64,000 nt of DNA from Alphaproteobacteria bacterium (GTDB lineage: Bacteria > Pseudomonadota > Alphaproteobacteria > UBA828). The stretch's first letter is position 1; every line of letters starts with the position of its first letter. Positions 60,585 to 64,000 of this stretch are shown here, piece after piece. A program made the position numbers and the translations under genes. Below the pieces are notes generated by a model. It searched no databases and was not told the DNA's origin. It saw only the letters and a program-made list of their open reading frames with translations. The stretch spans positions 32,001 to 96,000 of the forward strand of contig CAXXVO010000015.1 of NCBI GenBank assembly GCA_963422645.2. The letters are read 5' to 3'.

Positions 60585-61541
60585 TTATCGTAGAATCTGT
60601 TCGGCAAACTCAGGGCTTGTCTCGGCTATCGCGTCCTCCAGCGAGCGTTGAGGAAAGCTCTCAGCAACGGCACAATCGCGTTCGGCCTTCAGCCGGAGTT
60701 TAGTGTTCAGCCGCGAAGCAATTCCTCTGATGATTCCGCATCGCCGCTGAATTCGTGAGCGGAACACAGGCAGAGGCAGGATCTCGGAGGCCTCGAACTC
60801 CAACTGCTTTCTTTGAAAGCGGCTCTCGGGATATTTTTCGAGGTCATAGTTGGCGAATCCAGCAGCGTCTCTTAGGTACTTCATGTGCCAATAAAGAAAT
60901 CCCGCGAACTTGCGCGGGATGCCGCCACGGTCGAAGCGTTCGAAGCGGGAGTCATGACGAAACCGGGTAGCCCGGGTGGGTGTGAAAAAGCCGATGTCGC
61001 CGCTGCCAGAAATCGGGTCTGCCATGGGAATTCCAAGGCTGCCATCGGCCATGTGCGCAAGATTAAGGCCTGAGAAACACCAGATTGCCGTCAGCCTACA
61101 ATCGCGGGCACGGATCCGTCGGCACATCTCTTCGAGCGGGGCATCCAGTGCGATATGATCGTCGTCCAGCTTGGTGACTGCGCTGTACCGGGTCTGCGCC
61201 AAGGCAAAGTTCGAGTAGTGGACGAGCGAATGCGGCGAATCGGCAGGCTCGGAGGCGTGCTTGGGACTTCCGGGCGGGAAGACTTCGGGGCGGTAATCGA
61301 AGACCCGCAGTGATTTACGGTATTCCACCGCCAACCGGGCAAGGATGTCGGGAGTAGCGTCAGTGCAACCATTGAAGACGGCGACGATCTCGTCGAAGCG
61401 GTGGATGTGGCTGCGTATCGCGGGTTCGATATAGTCGGCCCCGTTCTTGACACGCAAGAACGCGCTGATCCCTGCTGGCCGCGATGGATCGCCAATCCGC
61501 CCAAGCTGAATTTGTGGATTCTCTACAATGTTGATGGTCAT
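60585..61541 (-). CDS. Glycosyltransferase (GT-A, CgtA-like)
   Basis: AFLRVKN, NGCTDAT, KLDDDH. Confidence 0.7.
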   Translation of the reverse strand: MTINIVENPQIQLGRIGDPSRPAGISAFLRVKNGADYIEPAIRSHIHRFDEIVAVFNGCTDATPDILARLAVEYRKSLRVFDYRPEVFPPGSPKHASEPADSPHSLVHYSNFALAQTRYSAVTKLDDDHIALDAPLEEMCRRIRARDCRLTAIWCFSGLNLAHMADGSLGIPMADPISGSGDIGFFTPTRATRFRHDSRFERFDRGGIPRKFAGFLYWHMKYLRDAAGFANYDLEKYPESRFQRKQLEFEASEILPLPVFRSRIQRRCGIIRGIASRLNTKLRLKAERDCAVAESFPQRSLEDAIAETSPEFAEQILR

Positions 61542-62674
61542 GGCCCGACCCTCCAGAAGCCGTATCCATCCGGTCCGGCCAGCCGTTCAGCGATACTTGC
61601 GGCCGACTCGTCCCCGTCGATTGCGGGGAAATAGACCAAGGAAAGGTAGCTCATGAAGGCGTCGCGGGCGTCTTCATCAAAACTAAGAACCTCGGCCTCG
61701 GCAAGGACATCCTTGAGGTTGTCTAGGTCAGGCGCTGATGTGGTGATTCCGGGGATGGCCCAGTATGTCTGTCCGCAAACCACCACCGGTTTGTCGAAAT
61801 AGAGCGCCTGGATTCCAACCGACGAATTGACCGTGACCACCCCGCGCGACGCGGCGACTTGCGCGAAAGTGTCGGTGTCATTGTCCAGCCAGATCCGGGA
61901 CGTGCTGGCTGCGCGGATCGCTTCGACAACCGAGACCTGGGTCGAGGGGTGTTCCTTGAGCCGTAGATGCCAGCCTTCGGGCAATGAACTGGCTGCCGAC
62001 GCAAGGGATGAAACAAAGTCATCGACGCTCTTGAACTCGCCTCCAAATAACCGGAGTTGGGCGTCATTGGGAACCTGCAACGGTACGAAAAGAAATGGCT
62101 CATCCAAGGGCGGCAATCCGTCATCGCTGACCCGTAGCCGGGAGACGGTGCGCTGCCGGATGTCGCTCTGCGCCTTACGCCATGCCTTTCGATCGGGTGC
62201 ATGTTTGTCGGCCCATGCCAGATAGGGCTCGAGCGTCCGGGGCAACGAACAGAGCGCATTGACCCCGCGCGGGTCGACTGTAATCCGCCCGGGTAGCGGC
62301 GCGAGTTCGAGGTATAGCCGTTGCGCACCAGCGGCTCGCGCACCTTCCATGAAAGCCATGCGCCCTCCGTCGCTGCCGCCCCAAGCCACGGCGACGGCCG
62401 ACCCGCGGCGCTGGAACAGCCGTCGTGCGCCAGCGTATTGCGCCCGGAGGTGCCATAGCTTGAATGTTCGCATCAACCAGCTAGACGGCCGGTTTGGCGC
62501 GTTGGCCAACGCTCTTTCGGCAACCGCGCGCGCTTCTTCATACCGGCGCAGACTTATCGGGCGCAGCAGGATCCAGCCAACCCTGCCTTCCCGGCCCAGC
62601 ACGCGCTCGATCGCCCGCCGCTGCGAAAGGTCACGGCTCAAGCACAGGAACTCGAATGGCGCAGTCTTGGTCAT
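61538..62674 (-). CDS. Capsular polysaccharide biosynthesis/export protein (KpsS/LipB-like)
   Basis: VDPRGVNA, PLQVPND, KEHP, TVNSSVG. Confidence 0.82.
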   Translation of the reverse strand: MTKTAPFEFLCLSRDLSQRRAIERVLGREGRVGWILLRPISLRRYEEARAVAERALANAPNRPSSWLMRTFKLWHLRAQYAGARRLFQRRGSAVAVAWGGSDGGRMAFMEGARAAGAQRLYLELAPLPGRITVDPRGVNALCSLPRTLEPYLAWADKHAPDRKAWRKAQSDIRQRTVSRLRVSDDGLPPLDEPFLFVPLQVPNDAQLRLFGGEFKSVDDFVSSLASAASSLPEGWHLRLKEHPSTQVSVVEAIRAASTSRIWLDNDTDTFAQVAASRGVVTVNSSVGIQALYFDKPVVVCGQTYWAIPGITTSAPDLDNLKDVLAEAEVLSFDEDARDAFMSYLSLVYFPAIDGDESAASIAERLAGPDGYGFWRVGP

Positions 62675-62844
62675 CTTGAGTTACTAGGGCATAGCAGGAA
62701 GTCGGAGGCCCGGCGGCTAATGGCAAGTATGGGGGTTGGCAACCCGGCTTCCGGTGTCGAGTGGACGCGGCGGACCCTACATTCTAACGCGACGGCACAC
62801 TTGCCATATGACATTGCATACACCCGCACGCATGAAGCGTTTTT

Positions 62845-63079
62845 GTAACTACCCAGGTACCCCAATCCTGAGTTGAGGACGGTGATTATGGCGGCGGCCG
62901 CGGTCTGGTTCTGCCACCGCGATTGGTTCTTGACCTCATAGAGTTGCGGGACTATGGACTGCTCTATCGCGTGACGGGAGCGGTCCATGGGGTATTTCGG
63001 CTCGAAGGCGACAGCAGGTCTGTGCCAAGCGCTGATTGCGCTGATGCCGCCGCACTCCGTCTACATCGAAAGCCACCTT
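62845..63079 (+). mobile_element. IS66-A left end with 5' stub of the methyltransferase (from 62987)
   Basis: Matches 572-806 with one SNP seen; interrupted at 63080. Confidence 0.9.
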
Positions 63080-64000
63080 CAGAACTCCTGACATGGTGCA
63101 ATTTCAAATGGCGGAAAGAGCCGGGGGCTGGAAGACGAATCGGAGTTGCGTTCCCGGATAGAGGTGCGATTCGGCGGTGAGATTTTCGCAGAGATGAGCG
63201 AGAGCGCGGTTGAATCGCGGGTTGGCCATGGAGTGGAAGCGGAGGATGAGTATCTGTCGTTCGGGTCGCGGGATCATGTCGGCCGGAAGCTGGTAGACCG
63301 CCTTGAGGAAAGTGCGGCCCTCCTCGGCATCGCGCATGAACAGCGGTGCGATCATGGGCAGCATCGCACTCTCGGCGCGGTATGCGATCATGCGGATCAG
63401 GTCGGTGAAGCGCTTGCGTTCGATCTCGAGACGAACGATGTCCGCCTCGTCCATCACGGTCTTGGCCGACACCTTCTTCGGCAAGGCTCTCTTCCCGGCC
63501 CGGATCTCCTTGAGGATACGGTCGAACTCGCCGATCCATTCCCTGATGTCCGGCAGGTCCGGATCGCTCGGCTTCCGGTCGCGCAGTTCGCCGTAGCGAA
63601 TGCGAAGCTTGTCGAGCGCCTTCTTCACGATCTTCCGGCTTTTCTCCAGAGCCTTGATCTGAGGATTTGCCATCGGGCGGTCGGGGTCTGCGGCTTCTGC
63701 GGCATAGCTGCACCGATGGTCGAGGGCGTATTCCTGGCGCATGTATTTGAAGTAGTTCTCCTGCCGCCATCGCGCGAACATCCGGGCGGCGACGGCGCCG
63801 GTCGACAGGTCGGTGCGCGTGGTCACGATCGAGGTCTGGTGGCCGTTGTCGCATAGCCTGCGAACTTCGCGCACTGTCAGAGAGTCACCGCCCCCGGTGC
63901 TGAGCGCGAGCGGCTTTTCGGCCAGCTTCCAGGTCATCGGCTTGCCTGCCTTCTGCCGGCCGCTCGGATCGACAACGGTGACGAAGTCCTGCTGTGGCCA
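63080..64000 (-). mobile_element. Right part of a second IS4-like large DDE element (paralogue)
   Basis: Terminus CAGAACTCCTGACATGGTG resembles CAGACTTCCTGACCTCGTG. Confidence 0.8.
63104..64000 (-). CDS. Large DDE transposase, C-terminal part (runs off window)
   Basis: MFARWRQENYFKYMR, IRMIAYRAES, YPGTQLR; homologous to 4009-5260. Confidence 0.85.
   Translation of the reverse strand, partial: WPQQDFVTVVDPSGRQKAGKPMTWKLAEKPLALSTGGGDSLTVREVRRLCDNGHQTSIVTTRTDLSTGAVAARMFARWRQENYFKYMRQEYALDHRCSYAAEAADPDRPMANPQIKALEKSRKIVKKALDKLRIRYGELRDRKPSDPDLPDIREWIGEFDRILKEIRAGKRALPKKVSAKTVMDEADIVRLEIERKRFTDLIRMIAYRAESAMLPMIAPLFMRDAEEGRTFLKAVYQLPADMIPRPERQILILRFHSMANPRFNRALAHLCENLTAESHLYPGTQLRFVFQPPALSAI

Overview
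High-GC (roughly 70% by eye) bacterial DNA, probably alphaproteobacterial judging from the comF/methyltransferase/nitrilase/DUF1178 gene order, a cytochrome c2-like gene and CTTGAC-N17-CTAT promoters. Positions 1-18.3 kb are a nested pile of insertion sequences: an IS110 end, three copies of an IS66-family element carrying a DNA adenine methyltransferase (here 'IS66-A'), a methylase-free IS66 element ('IS66-B'), pieces of a large IS4-like DDE element, an IS21 and a PKS remnant. Positions 18.3-24.2 kb hold two intact metabolic/transport genes, a yqaA-like gene broken by an IS110 with a readable bridge-RNA-like leader, and a P4-type integrase beside tRNA-Ser(CGA). Positions 24-60 kb are mostly core and catabolic genes (hydroquinone dioxygenase, amidase, comF, tsaC, cysQ, apt, F420 enzymes, moaA, NAD kinase, valine catabolism, a Mo-oxidoreductase, xseA), interrupted by one IS66-B and a divergent methylase-carrying IS66 ('IS66-C'). 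Capsule genes and further IS fragments close the window. Three observations stand out. (1) IS66 elements in two diverged lineages carry a translationally coupled Dam-like methyltransferase, a conserved promoter/RBS-hiding hairpin and an extra transposase N-terminus. (2) An orphan IS110-type structured non-coding end, with covarying self-complementarity, lies inside IS66-B. (3) An exported CxPC-repeat cluster comprises a 10-Cys peptide, a ~58-Cys repeat fused to a cytochrome P460-like domain, a His-rich protein, an FGE-domain protein and a cytochrome c. All family assignments are from motif recognition only; no searches were run.
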